Origin: Deltaproteobacteria bacterium
GTDB lineage: Bacteria > Myxococcota_A > Polyangia > HGW-17
Direction: 5' to 3'
DNA length: 64,000 nt
Assembly: GCA_016937155.1 (NCBI GenBank)
Contig: JAFGWM010000032.1
Coordinates: forward strand, 11,902-75,901
Both the position numbers and the translations under genes were made by a program. Below the pieces are notes generated by a model that worked only from the letters and a program-made list of their open reading frames with translations, did not search any database and was not told the origin of the DNA. How positions within the stretch are numbered: position 1 is the stretch's first letter; each line of letters starts with the position of its first letter. Shown here one piece after another: positions 10,846 to 20,546 of the stretch.

Positions 10846-12624
10846 ATGGAGAAAAAAATGATAAAATCTTTTGATATCTCAAGAAGAACATTTATTGCTT
10901 CAACTTCTGCTGCAATTATAGTGGGTGGATGTGATGATACGACTTCATCAACCAATAATGATGGAGGAATTGACGTTATTGAGGATATTGAAGACTATGT
11001 TGATACTCAACAGGATATTGAAGATATCACTGATATTGAAGATACATCTGATATAGTAGATGATGGTGATGTGGTAGTTATTGATGAACGTCCTCCCACA
11101 ACGGTATCAGAAACTCTGGTTGGTGTTCTTGCGGAAACAGCTCAATTTGAAGATGGTCGTCCACTGTTTGGAAAAACAAAAAAAGGACCTGGCGAAGATT
11201 ATATTTCACGGGATGATCTGGGTGGAGCTTCAGTGTCAAATGGTACAGTTGCAACTGCATCATCACTGGCATATTTTGCCCAACTTACTGATATTCATAT
11301 TGTGGATGAAGAAAGTCCTGCAAGAGCTATTCATTCCCCTTTCAGTGCTGAGAGTGCATGGAGACCTCAGGAATCATACTCTATGCATATGCTGGATAGT
11401 GCATTGAAAACAATAAATAATTTTGCAGACTATAGGAAACATGATTTTGTACTGTTTTCCGGTGACCTGACTGATAATCATCTTAACATTGAGTTGTCTT
11501 CATTTTTAGGTGTAGTAGAAGGATCAACAGTTGACCCCGATACCGGAAATGATGATGACCCTCGCTTACCTGGTTTAAACGATCCTCATGATCCATTTGA
11601 AGCAATAGGGCTCAGGAATGATATTCCATGGTATGCATGTCTTGGAAATCACGATTACTGGGCACTGGGAAGTGTTATGACAAGTCTTATAGCTGATCCC
11701 ACCTCATCTTCAGCTACTCTCTGGCTGTCAGACAGTGTGACTCCTGTGTGCTTTGATGAACCGCCATGTATTGGTGGTTACTGTTACAGTGCGGAACCTG
11801 ATAGATGTCATGTTCCTGTTGATGATGATTATTTTTCTGAATCAAGTCTGGTGAGTGATCCCCAGAGAGCATATCTCGGAATGAATGAATTTATGGCAAA
11901 AATAATTGCCTCTGATATGCATGAACCTCCTGGTCATGGCTTTTCTCAGTCCAATATAGATCAGGGTGTGGGTTATTGGGTTTCAGAAAATGTAGTGGAT
12001 GGCCTCGGTGTTGCAATGGTAGCTCTTGATTCAACCTCGGACTGTTCAAATACAACGGATAAAAGTATTGGTGAGATTTCTCAGGAGCAACTGAACTGGC
12101 TTGATGACAGGCTGACTTTTCTCGAGAGTCAGAATAAAATAATTATCGTTACCAGTCATCATCCGTCAGGAGATATTCCAAATGGTGGAAATGAATTAAA
12201 ATCGATTCTAATGTCTCATCCCAATGTGGTATTGCATGTTGTGGGGCATGGTCATATGAATTCTGTTTATTCTCATCCGGATTCCAATGATGAACCATGG
12301 AATGGATACTGGGAAGTTCAATCACCCTCAACCCTTGACTGGCCTCAGCAGTTGAGATTTTTCGAAATAGTTGATAATGGTGATGCCACAGGTAGTATTT
12401 ATGCCACTGTTGTTGATTTCATGATTGAACCGGGTGATATTTCTGAAGCTGGCAGGTTTTATGCTCTTTTGGATGTCCATGAGGGAAGAAGCGCTGATTT
12501 CAGAAGAGGAAATCCTGAAGATCGTAATGTTATTCTAAAATTTGCATGGCCCCCGGCTCTTCTGGAAACCTTGTCACTGCTCCCAAAAAGACCTGTGGAA
12601 TCGGAAAATTTCAGAAATAAATAA
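10846..12624 (+). CDS. Tat-exported lipoprotein metallophosphoesterase (TIGR03767/TIGR03768-like)
   Basis: SRRTFI twin-arginine motif plus lipobox VGGC; calcineurin-like motifs TDIHIVDEESP, SGDLTDN, GNHD, SHH, GHGH. Confidence 0.8.
   Translation: MEKKMIKSFDISRRTFIASTSAAIIVGGCDDTTSSTNNDGGIDVIEDIEDYVDTQQDIEDITDIEDTSDIVDDGDVVVIDERPPTTVSETLVGVLAETAQFEDGRPLFGKTKKGPGEDYISRDDLGGASVSNGTVATASSLAYFAQLTDIHIVDEESPARAIHSPFSAESAWRPQESYSMHMLDSALKTINNFADYRKHDFVLFSGDLTDNHLNIELSSFLGVVEGSTVDPDTGNDDDPRLPGLNDPHDPFEAIGLRNDIPWYACLGNHDYWALGSVMTSLIADPTSSSATLWLSDSVTPVCFDEPPCIGGYCYSAEPDRCHVPVDDDYFSESSLVSDPQRAYLGMNEFMAKIIASDMHEPPGHGFSQSNIDQGVGYWVSENVVDGLGVAMVALDSTSDCSNTTDKSIGEISQEQLNWLDDRLTFLESQNKIIIVTSHHPSGDIPNGGNELKSILMSHPNVVLHVVGHGHMNSVYSHPDSNDEPWNGYWEVQSPSTLDWPQQLRFFEIVDNGDATGSIYATVVDFMIEPGDISEAGRFYALLDVHEGRSADFRRGNPEDRNVILKFAWPPALLETLSLLPKRPVESENFRNK
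10984..11042 (+). repeat. Three copies of GATATTGAAGA encoding DIED repeats in an acidic linker
   Basis: Copies at 10984, 11014 and 11032. Confidence 0.7.
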
Positions 12625-12639
12625 TTCTTTCAAATGTTT

Positions 12640-14445
12640 TTATTCCAGAAGAGTTGGGGTGGACTTTGATTCAGTATCTCCCGTTCCCAGTTGACCGCTG
12701 TAATTAGAACCCCAGCAGTAGATTTCTCTCTCCTTGTAAATACACCCATGATTTTCTCCACCATCAATAGATGAAGGATTTTGAATCTGATTCTGAGCAA
12801 CCGGTTCCATATGTGAAACATCATCCCCCGTTCCCAGTTGAAAATCATCATTTCTGCCAAAACAGTAAACTGTGGAATTACTTAACGCACATGAAAAATA
12901 TGAACCACAGCCTGTTCGTGTGACATTACTCAGGGAAGAAATGTGATATGGCGTAAAATGTCCTGTGGTATCACCACTTCCAAGTTGGCCCCAGTTATTA
13001 TATCCCCAACAGAAAAGCTCTCCGGATTTAATGGCACAAGTGTGATTCATTCCTGAGCATACGGCTTCCCATGTGGAATCAGTACCGATTTTAACTGGAG
13101 AATATCGTGGATCGGTATCATCCAGTCCAAGTTCTCCGTATTCATTGTATCCCCAACAGTAAATTTCTCCTGAGAGTCTTATTCCGCAGCTGTGTCCAAA
13201 TCCCGTTGTAAGTTCAACCCAGTCTGAAAAAGTACCGATTTTAACCGGATATGTTTTCTGAGCAGTGTCACCAGTTCCCAGTTGTCCAAAAATATTTCCA
13301 CCCCAGCAAAAGAGTTCCCCTGTAGTTTTTATACCGCAAGTATGAGAAATACCTGCTTTAACATAAAACCAGTTGGAATCAGAACCAATTTTAATCGGAA
13401 TATTCTGATCCACAGTATCACCTGCACCCAGCTGCCCGTAATAATTCTTTCCCCAGCAGAAGAGTTCCCCGTCCGAAATGGCACATGTGTGATTTCCTCC
13501 TGCACTTACATTTGTAACATGACTAAAAGAAATAACTTTTTCAGGTATTAACCGATCCTGAAAATCTCCAAGTCCCAGTTGTCCATTAAGATTTTCACCC
13601 CAGCAGAAAAGTTCTCCACTTACTATTGCGCAGGTATGGTGATTTCCTGCACTTACTCCTTCCCACCCTCTGATATCCTGAATATTCACGTCAAAAGAAA
13701 GAGTGTCCTCATCAATGGTATCGCTGCAACTCAAACTTACACGGCAATTCCCAGGGGATCCTGGTTCGAAAGAATATATTGCTGTTCCTGCAATTTGAGA
13801 GTGTATGGTACCATTGCATGTGTCATCTGCCCCCTTGGTGAGTTGAAGGAGATCTCCATCTCCATCCTGACACTGAAACGGAAAATCAAAAACACTGAAG
13901 ACAGTTGCATCAGTTGAGGGGGTTGTTATAAATACAGGAGAATGATTTATGCACTGAATGGTCAGAAATTCTGTTTCATAAATCTCTTCATCATCAGCCA
14001 TTTCAACAGTTACTTCCTGAGAGCATATTTCAGGTTCTCCACATGTCCAGTAAATTGAACCATCAGTGTTCATGCTCACAGGAAATGAGCAGTCAGTTTC
14101 ACCGGTAGTTAAAACAACGTCAGTTCCATCGTCGTTTTCATATTCGGGTATAAATGATCCATCACGTCCCCATGAAATCGATATATTCGCAGGTAAATTA
14201 GTAAAATATAAGGAATCCGATAGACAGATTTCTCCCTGTAAAGAGTATCCATTGTCACATTCGCAGACAGGAGAATTTTCTACTACAATACAGTGAGAGT
14301 GAATGGAACATGTAATACTATCACACAGATCTGTATTGTTTGAAGAGGTGTTGTTAACATTGTTGTTGTTATTTGAACTGGCGGAAGTTGTATCGTCACA
14401 TCCAAAAATGAACACCATTGATATAAGTATTAAAAATTTATACAT
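12640..14445 (-). CDS. Lipoprotein with EGF-like, Ig/cadherin-like and seven RCC1 repeats
   Basis: Lipobox IFGC, Asn-rich linker, EGF-like CDSITCSIHSHC...CECDNGY, then seven HTCAI...GELFCWGxNxxGQLGxGD repeats; GGGAG RBS before ATG 14445. Confidence 0.9.
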   Translation of the reverse strand: MYKFLILISMVFIFGCDDTTSASSNNNNNVNNTSSNNTDLCDSITCSIHSHCIVVENSPVCECDNGYSLQGEICLSDSLYFTNLPANISISWGRDGSFIPEYENDDGTDVVLTTGETDCSFPVSMNTDGSIYWTCGEPEICSQEVTVEMADDEEIYETEFLTIQCINHSPVFITTPSTDATVFSVFDFPFQCQDGDGDLLQLTKGADDTCNGTIHSQIAGTAIYSFEPGSPGNCRVSLSCSDTIDEDTLSFDVNIQDIRGWEGVSAGNHHTCAIVSGELFCWGENLNGQLGLGDFQDRLIPEKVISFSHVTNVSAGGNHTCAISDGELFCWGKNYYGQLGAGDTVDQNIPIKIGSDSNWFYVKAGISHTCGIKTTGELFCWGGNIFGQLGTGDTAQKTYPVKIGTFSDWVELTTGFGHSCGIRLSGEIYCWGYNEYGELGLDDTDPRYSPVKIGTDSTWEAVCSGMNHTCAIKSGELFCWGYNNWGQLGSGDTTGHFTPYHISSLSNVTRTGCGSYFSCALSNSTVYCFGRNDDFQLGTGDDVSHMEPVAQNQIQNPSSIDGGENHGCIYKEREIYCWGSNYSGQLGTGDTESKSTPTLLE

Positions 14446-14612
14446 AATAGAAAACTCCCTCATTAGTTTCTAATCGGTATTTTTTTTTAATTTTTAAATC
14501 TCTTTAAACGAAGTTCTTATCTTTGATAAAAAATCAGATTAGATGATGCATTTTCCGTATAGTCATGAACAGATAAGTAAGATATACAGAGTGAATCAGG
14601 AGAGAGGTATTG

Positions 14613-16085
14613 ATGAAAATTTTAAATTTACTGGTGATGTTTATAGTTCTTTCTTCATGTGGTGGCGAAAAAAAAGAAACGCCTGTAAAAACAGAAAATC
14701 AGCCAAATTCAGTTGATGTTAAAAATACAAAAACAAAAGAAGAGGTTGATTCCAAAAATAATCAACTTCAAATTAAAAAAGATCTTTCAACTCCAAAAAT
14801 TATAAAAAAAATCAAGGTACCTAAGACATATGATGAGAAGTTTGACGATCTTGCAAAAATCATTTCAGGTCTGAGGGTATCTGAAAACAGTCCCTATGCC
14901 GTGGTTATGAAAGAGAAATCATGGAAAGCTTATGAATATCGTATAAATGATCTGTGGAAATCAACTGTAGAGAAAAAAATGGGGATTATGCAAAAATGGT
15001 CTCAGCAGGAACTGTCTGATATTCATAAGGAGTCTGGTGTTCTCTTTTATCCCTTCTCGGGCCCTGACTTTCTTCATGCCCAGATTTTATTTCCATCTGC
15101 TGATGAAACTGTAATGATTGGTCTTGAACCGATTGGCTCAGTTCCGGATATCAATGAAATAAATAAAAACGGTCTGAGATCCTATCTTAAAAAAGTTGAA
15201 GCCACTCTGGAACATATTCTTAAATTATCATTTTTCAGAACAGTTTCCATGAAAGCTCAAATGTTTAATAAGGATTACAAGGAAATAGACGGAACTCTTC
15301 CAACCCTGATGTTTTTTATGGCAAGGATGGGAAATAAAATACTGAATATTGAAAAAGTTGTTATAAATTCAGATGGTAAGTTGGTTGCTGCTGCACAAAT
15401 GAAGTGGGATCGTCATGAAGCACTTGGAGAAAAATCTGATGTTTCAAATAAAAAATCACAAGTTACCGGTGATGACTCTGTTAAAAAATCTGAAAAACTG
15501 AAAGTTAAAAAAAATAAAAAAGCCGGAAAGACTCACAAGAAATATAAAAGAAAGAAAGGAAAATCCAGGAGAAGGAAGAAAAGAAAATCACGTGTAGTTG
15601 TTGCACCTGTATATGGAAACAGAATTACTTTTGAATCACCCGATGGAAAAACAAGAACACTGGTTTATTTCAGTATGAATCTATCAGATGGTGAATTTCA
15701 TAACATCGAGGGTCTTCAGAAACGTAAAGATGTTATGAATTACCTTAATTCCTTAAAAATTATAACCACATATGTAAAATCAGCTTCATATCTCATGTAC
15801 AAAAGTTATTTTGTGGTAATAAGAGATTTTATTCTTTCCAAAACAAAATATTTCCTTCAGGATGATTCTGGAATGCCAATAAAGTATATTTCCGGGGATA
15901 AATTTACATCCACATTTTATGGGACATATTCCAAACCGATAAAATTATTTAAAATGTATACTCAAAAAGACCTCAAGAAAATATACCGGGAAAACAAAAA
16001 TATTAAGCGTCTTCCATTTGGAATTGGATATCATATTGTGAGGGGAAATTCCAATCTTCAGTTGTTTAAGCGAAAAAATAAATAA
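14613..16085 (+). CDS. Hypothetical lipoprotein with a polybasic insertion
   Basis: Lipobox LSSC; conserved-looking blocks LFYPFSGPDF, TYVKSASYLM, LQDDSGMP, LPFGIGY. Confidence 0.75.
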   Translation: MKILNLLVMFIVLSSCGGEKKETPVKTENQPNSVDVKNTKTKEEVDSKNNQLQIKKDLSTPKIIKKIKVPKTYDEKFDDLAKIISGLRVSENSPYAVVMKEKSWKAYEYRINDLWKSTVEKKMGIMQKWSQQELSDIHKESGVLFYPFSGPDFLHAQILFPSADETVMIGLEPIGSVPDINEINKNGLRSYLKKVEATLEHILKLSFFRTVSMKAQMFNKDYKEIDGTLPTLMFFMARMGNKILNIEKVVINSDGKLVAAAQMKWDRHEALGEKSDVSNKKSQVTGDDSVKKSEKLKVKKNKKAGKTHKKYKRKKGKSRRRKKRKSRVVVAPVYGNRITFESPDGKTRTLVYFSMNLSDGEFHNIEGLQKRKDVMNYLNSLKIITTYVKSASYLMYKSYFVVIRDFILSKTKYFLQDDSGMPIKYISGDKFTSTFYGTYSKPIKLFKMYTQKDLKKIYRENKNIKRLPFGIGYHIVRGNSNLQLFKRKNK

Positions 16086-16187
16086 TCTGATTCATCTTTT
16101 GTAATGCAAATTATCAGTGGGTATTGAACAGGATTCATGTGTGATTTTGAAATCTATGGTATGCTTTAGAAATATTGGGAGATTATA

Positions 16188-17498
16188 ATGAAATTATTAT
16201 ATGGAGCATTGGTATTTTTTTTGTTTCCATCTCAGGCCCTTGGTAGAAATTATATAGAGGTAGGAAAGAAAGTAGGTGGAATTAAACGGTTTGACCCTTA
16301 TGCTATTTCTTCAGGAAGATATGTAAGCAGTCAAACCAGTGACGGTTTATATTTACCTGTAATTATTGATCTTAAAACAAACACCAGAACTGTATTGAAA
16401 AAACTTCATGAATATCTGAAAAATTCTAAAGATTCTGGCACTCTTTCTTACGCTGAACAGTTAAAACTGAAACTAGATGGAAAATGGAAAAAATGGTATT
16501 CATCAAAAATTATTTCATTTGATGGTTTGAATATTGTTGGCCTTTTGCATCAGGGTGTTTCTCAGGGATTGAATGGTAATCCCTCATGTAAAAAATGCGG
16601 AGCGACAGCATTGAAGCATAAGAGAACCGGAAAATATTATTGTCCTGTCTGTAACAGATACCTTCTTCCTTCGAGTTATCTTAAAATAGTTGATAATTAC
16701 TATCTGGCCAGAGTAAATCTAAAATCAAAAAAATCAGAAACCATTAAAGTTGAAGGATCATGGCAAACCGGTGCAACTGATTTCAGAAAAAAAATAGTCT
16801 ACATATGGAAAGAAAAAAAAATAAAATCAAAGAGGAAAAGAAAGATAAAAATTCTTCAAATAGATTTTGAAAATATGAAAAAACTTTCTGCAACTGAAAT
16901 TGATATGCCATACAGAGATAAAAATGGACATCTGACGGTGATGCTTTCGCGTACTGGGAAATATCTGGTGTTTTTCGAGTATGATGAATACTCAGATACA
17001 AAAAAGAAAACAGGCTATCTTTCTTCTCCAACAGGACGTGCATTAATAATTAATACCTCTGAAATGAAATCTAGGAAAGTTGAAATACCGGTAACACCTT
17101 ATGGCTTTGATATTGACGAAAGTACTAATCTCCTTGCAGTAGGGAGTAATCAAGCTGGTGAATTATGGATTATTAATCTGATCAAAGGAAAAACCATCAA
17201 AAAAATAAAAATTGCGAGGGGTGTTTTTCACATGGTATTCAGCAGAAATTATAAGTACCTGTATGTCTTCAATAAAAGAACTTTTGATACATACCTCTGG
17301 AAAAACCTGAAAAAAACTAATAGTTTTAAGGTATCCAAATTATGCAACGGTGTTGAAAAATTTCTGGCATCTGAAAAAATGATTTCATTTGGTGATTCAG
17401 GAAAGGCCATAATAGGAGTCATAAAAAAAAGTAAATATGGTCCCTGGGGATCCTCATCTTTTGATGACGGTTTTCAGATTTTGAATTTGAAAGAGTAA
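16188..17498 (+). CDS. Secreted hypothetical protein, probable beta-propeller with a CxxC...CxxC insert
   Basis: Signal peptide, beta-rich YncE-like C-terminal half (PYGFDID, GELWIINL), CKKC...CPVC. Confidence 0.6.
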   Translation: MKLLYGALVFFLFPSQALGRNYIEVGKKVGGIKRFDPYAISSGRYVSSQTSDGLYLPVIIDLKTNTRTVLKKLHEYLKNSKDSGTLSYAEQLKLKLDGKWKKWYSSKIISFDGLNIVGLLHQGVSQGLNGNPSCKKCGATALKHKRTGKYYCPVCNRYLLPSSYLKIVDNYYLARVNLKSKKSETIKVEGSWQTGATDFRKKIVYIWKEKKIKSKRKRKIKILQIDFENMKKLSATEIDMPYRDKNGHLTVMLSRTGKYLVFFEYDEYSDTKKKTGYLSSPTGRALIINTSEMKSRKVEIPVTPYGFDIDESTNLLAVGSNQAGELWIINLIKGKTIKKIKIARGVFHMVFSRNYKYLYVFNKRTFDTYLWKNLKKTNSFKVSKLCNGVEKFLASEKMISFGDSGKAIIGVIKKSKYGPWGSSSFDDGFQILNLKE

Positions 17499-17499
17499 A

Positions 17500-17886
17500 A
17501 TGATAGATGTAGTTGCGGGAATAATTTTCAGAAACAAAAAAATATTTATTTCAAGAAGACCTGAGTCATCTCACATGGGCGGATACTGGGAATTCCCCGG
17601 AGGAAAGATTAATCATCTGGAGACACCGGAAGCCGCTCTGGAAAGAGAATTAGTTGAAGAACTTGGTATTAAAACAAGAATAAAAGATTTTATTCTTGAG
17701 ACCAGATGGAAATACCCGGAAAAGGAAGTGAATCTGATGTTTTTTGAAGTTGAATGGCTTGAGGGTCAGATCATTCTTTCTTTTCATTCAGAATACAAAT
17801 GGGTTTCTCCAGAGGATTTGAATAACTTTGAGTTTCCTCCTCCGGATAGAGAAATCGTTGAATATCTGGAAAAATCCAACTTCTGA
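17500..17886 (+). CDS. mutT: 8-oxo-dGTP diphosphatase (MutT/NudG family)
   Basis: GGYWEFPGGK...ETPEAALERELVEELG Nudix box; FPPPD at the C-terminus. Confidence 0.85.
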   Translation: MIDVVAGIIFRNKKIFISRRPESSHMGGYWEFPGGKINHLETPEAALERELVEELGIKTRIKDFILETRWKYPEKEVNLMFFEVEWLEGQIILSFHSEYKWVSPEDLNNFEFPPPDREIVEYLEKSNF

Positions 17887-17890
17887 GATT

Positions 17891-18988
17891 CTAAGTGGTT
17901 TTGTTTTGTGGGTGGAGTATTTTGTAATGGCACCATACAGGTTCATTTTTTTCAGTGTCCCGTATGTGCAGAGAATTACCCTGACATACAGAAAACTGAT
18001 TACAGTCCTTGCAAATTCCAGTTCTTAGCCACTCCCGGTTTCTGAATATTTCATATCTGTTTTCCCAAACTGTTACAAAAGAATCAGTATTTATATTTCC
18101 CTGTGACATCCATTCAGGAAGGTTTGGACAGGCACTGATGGAACCATCTGCCATAATTCCTGAAATATTTATTCCTGCCCTGCAAAAATATGGTGTATCT
18201 CTCAGTTGTTTCTCATATTCCCATCCTAGCCATCCCTCCTCACTCAGGTTTACTACAACATTTTCCTCTTTACCACGCAACTGGAGTTTTATCATTTTTT
18301 CCACAAGAATTCTAAATTCGTCCTCTGAAAGAAGAACTTCCCTGTTGAGCGCTGCTCTTCCAGATGGAAAGATGTTAAATACTCTCCAGTATTTTGCTCC
18401 GGAATTTTTTACTATTTCATATGTTTCTTCCATATGCTCAAGTGATCTGGGAGTTACACATGTTATTGCTTCCACAACTGGAATTTTTTGTTCAGTTAGA
18501 AATGAAAGTGCGTCAACAGCCCTTTTATAACTTCCTTTTCTATTTCTAAGCCAGTCATGAATTGCTTCTGGCCCATCAAGAGAAACGACAATACTTGATA
18601 TACCGGTTTGTATTATTTTTATGGCAGCTTTTTTGTTCAGGATATAACCATTTGTAACCATACCTGTTCTGTATCCAAGTTGTGATGCATAGCCAAGAAC
18701 TTCAAAAAGGTCTTTTCTGACAAGTGGTTCGCCACCTGTAACCACAAGCATAATTCCTCTGGGATCCCACCTTTGAGCAATTTCATAAAAAACACTTTTA
18801 ATTTTTTCTGTCTCCACTCCTTTTATTTCAGGATCTGCTGAGCAATCACTTCCACAGTGTAGACAGGATAGATTACATTCCCTTGTTGTTTCCCAGAAAA
18901 GATATCTCAATTCATGAAGATCAGTTTCAAATTTAGAATATAATTTCCACTTCATATCTAAAAAAGAATGTACAAGATTTCCAAACAT
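17891..18988 (-). CDS. Radical SAM/SPASM protein, TIGR04133-like (rSAM/lipoprotein system)
   Basis: HELRYLFWETTRECNLSCLHCGSDC (CxxxCxxC), TGGEP, SLDG, SPASM CRAG...GSISACP...CKDCNQFSVCQGNSLH. Confidence 0.85.
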   Translation of the reverse strand: MFGNLVHSFLDMKWKLYSKFETDLHELRYLFWETTRECNLSCLHCGSDCSADPEIKGVETEKIKSVFYEIAQRWDPRGIMLVVTGGEPLVRKDLFEVLGYASQLGYRTGMVTNGYILNKKAAIKIIQTGISSIVVSLDGPEAIHDWLRNRKGSYKRAVDALSFLTEQKIPVVEAITCVTPRSLEHMEETYEIVKNSGAKYWRVFNIFPSGRAALNREVLLSEDEFRILVEKMIKLQLRGKEENVVVNLSEEGWLGWEYEKQLRDTPYFCRAGINISGIMADGSISACPNLPEWMSQGNINTDSFVTVWENRYEIFRNREWLRTGICKDCNQFSVCQGNSLHIRDTEKNEPVWCHYKILHPQNKTT

Positions 18989-18996
18989 TGTTCTTC

Positions 18997-19578
18997 CTAA
19001 CTGTATTTATACTGTAAAATCCAGATGAAAAAAATAGCCACAAGAACCATAAAAAAAATAAAAATCCAATTGGTTCCCTTTTTTTTTGATTTTTCTCCCA
19101 CAGGAACCATGGACATCTGAGATAAAATAGTCAGTTGACGAATTCGTCTGGTGGTGTCGACACCATTTTTAATCTTCAGGTTTCTGTAGGCAATGGCAGC
19201 ATCATTTAATGCTCCTTCGTTGAAGCATTTTTCCAGAAAATTATCATGGGATTCATCTGATACCGGTATGTTTTTTATGAGTTCCCACTCTGTTTTTAAA
19301 TTTGGAAAATTATTAAAAAAATCGGATGGTTCCACCCAGTTATTAAAAATCAGTCCACACTTGGTACATGAATTTTCATTGAGTTTTTTCCACCCGCACC
19401 GTGGACAGATTTCTTCGGATTTTTCCAGAGACTTTACTGTCTGTTTTGAACCTGGATAATTAAACGAAGCGCTACAGTTATTACATATCAGATAGATTTC
19501 ACCATCAATGGAATTAATCTCAGGATTTGTGGATTCAGATGAGCATTCCGGACATTTGAATTTTATTTCCAGATTCAT
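18997..19578 (-). CDS. Double zinc-ribbon protein with C-terminal membrane anchor
   Basis: CPEC/CNNC and CPRC/CTKC pairs; C-terminal TM helix WIFIFFMVLVAIFFIWIL. Confidence 0.7.
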   Translation of the reverse strand: MNLEIKFKCPECSSESTNPEINSIDGEIYLICNNCSASFNYPGSKQTVKSLEKSEEICPRCGWKKLNENSCTKCGLIFNNWVEPSDFFNNFPNLKTEWELIKNIPVSDESHDNFLEKCFNEGALNDAAIAYRNLKIKNGVDTTRRIRQLTILSQMSMVPVGEKSKKKGTNWIFIFFMVLVAIFFIWILQYKYS

Positions 19579-20546
19579 GTCATTCTCATGGGTACAGGCA
19601 TAAAAATTATAATAAAAATAACAAGTATAACTGTAACTGTAACTTTATTTCTGTGTTTCAGTGGTTCGTTATTAACCGGTGGATGGGAAATTCCACCGGA
19701 TAATTTTGATAATATGTATATCACTAACGGCCAGACAAACCATGGTGCGGCAGCATTTAAACCGGAGAAAAAAGCATCAGCAAATGAAATTCCACCGTTT
19801 ATATTTCCAGAAAGAAGAAGTACCCTGAATTTCATTCTTACATAAGTGTCAAAAGCAATAAAACTTGCTATTACAGTACCAAACACAGGAAGAAATTTAT
19901 GAAGTAATGTACTGAATTTATTATATTTATTACCGAACCATCCGTGAGCGATATGTCCACCATCAAGTTGACCAATCGGTATAAGATTTATCATAGTTAT
20001 CAGCAAACCAATCCATCCGGCAAATGCTACTGGATGCATCATAAGGTCCCTGTTTCCTGAAGGCAGGTATTCCCCTTTTATGAAAAATTTCAATGAAATA
20101 TACAATATACTGTTTCCTTCAGTCATCAGTTGATGTTCACGTTCCAAAGGAATGGAGGATACATCAGACATGGAAATTCCAATAATGAGAACTATAACGG
20201 CAACAATAAGTCCGGAAAGAGGTCCTGCAGCACCCACGTCGATCAGTGCTGAAGGTTTTGAAATTGGTTCCCTTATTTTAATTACAGCACCAAGGGTGCC
20301 TAACCCAAAGGGCGGAGGAAGAGGAATGAAGTATGGTGGCGATACATCAATGTTGTGTTTTCTGGCAGCTATGTAATGTCCCATCTCATGTGTGAGAAGT
20401 ATAAGAAGAAGTGGAATAGAGAAAAACAGACCCTGATACCACTGATTAAGATTCACTCCGGCATAATTCATTCCCGTGACAGTTGTAGTCACTAAAGTGA
20501 CAAAAAATAAAATCACAGGGATTCGCCACTGAGAATTCTTAATCAT
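19575..20546 (-). CDS. Site-2 intramembrane metalloprotease (M50)
   Basis: HEMGH, AAGP and [12 protein letters not shown] motifs; multiple TM segments. Confidence 0.92.
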   Translation of the reverse strand: MIKNSQWRIPVILFFVTLVTTTVTGMNYAGVNLNQWYQGLFFSIPLLLILLTHEMGHYIAARKHNIDVSPPYFIPLPPPFGLGTLGAVIKIREPISKPSALIDVGAAGPLSGLIVAVIVLIIGISMSDVSSIPLEREHQLMTEGNSILYISLKFFIKGEYLPSGNRDLMMHPVAFAGWIGLLITMINLIPIGQLDGGHIAHGWFGNKYNKFSTLLHKFLPVFGTVIASFIAFDTYVRMKFRVLLLSGNINGGISFADAFFSGLNAAAPWFVWPLVIYILSKLSGGISHPPVNNEPLKHRNKVTVTVILVIFIIIFMPVPMRMT

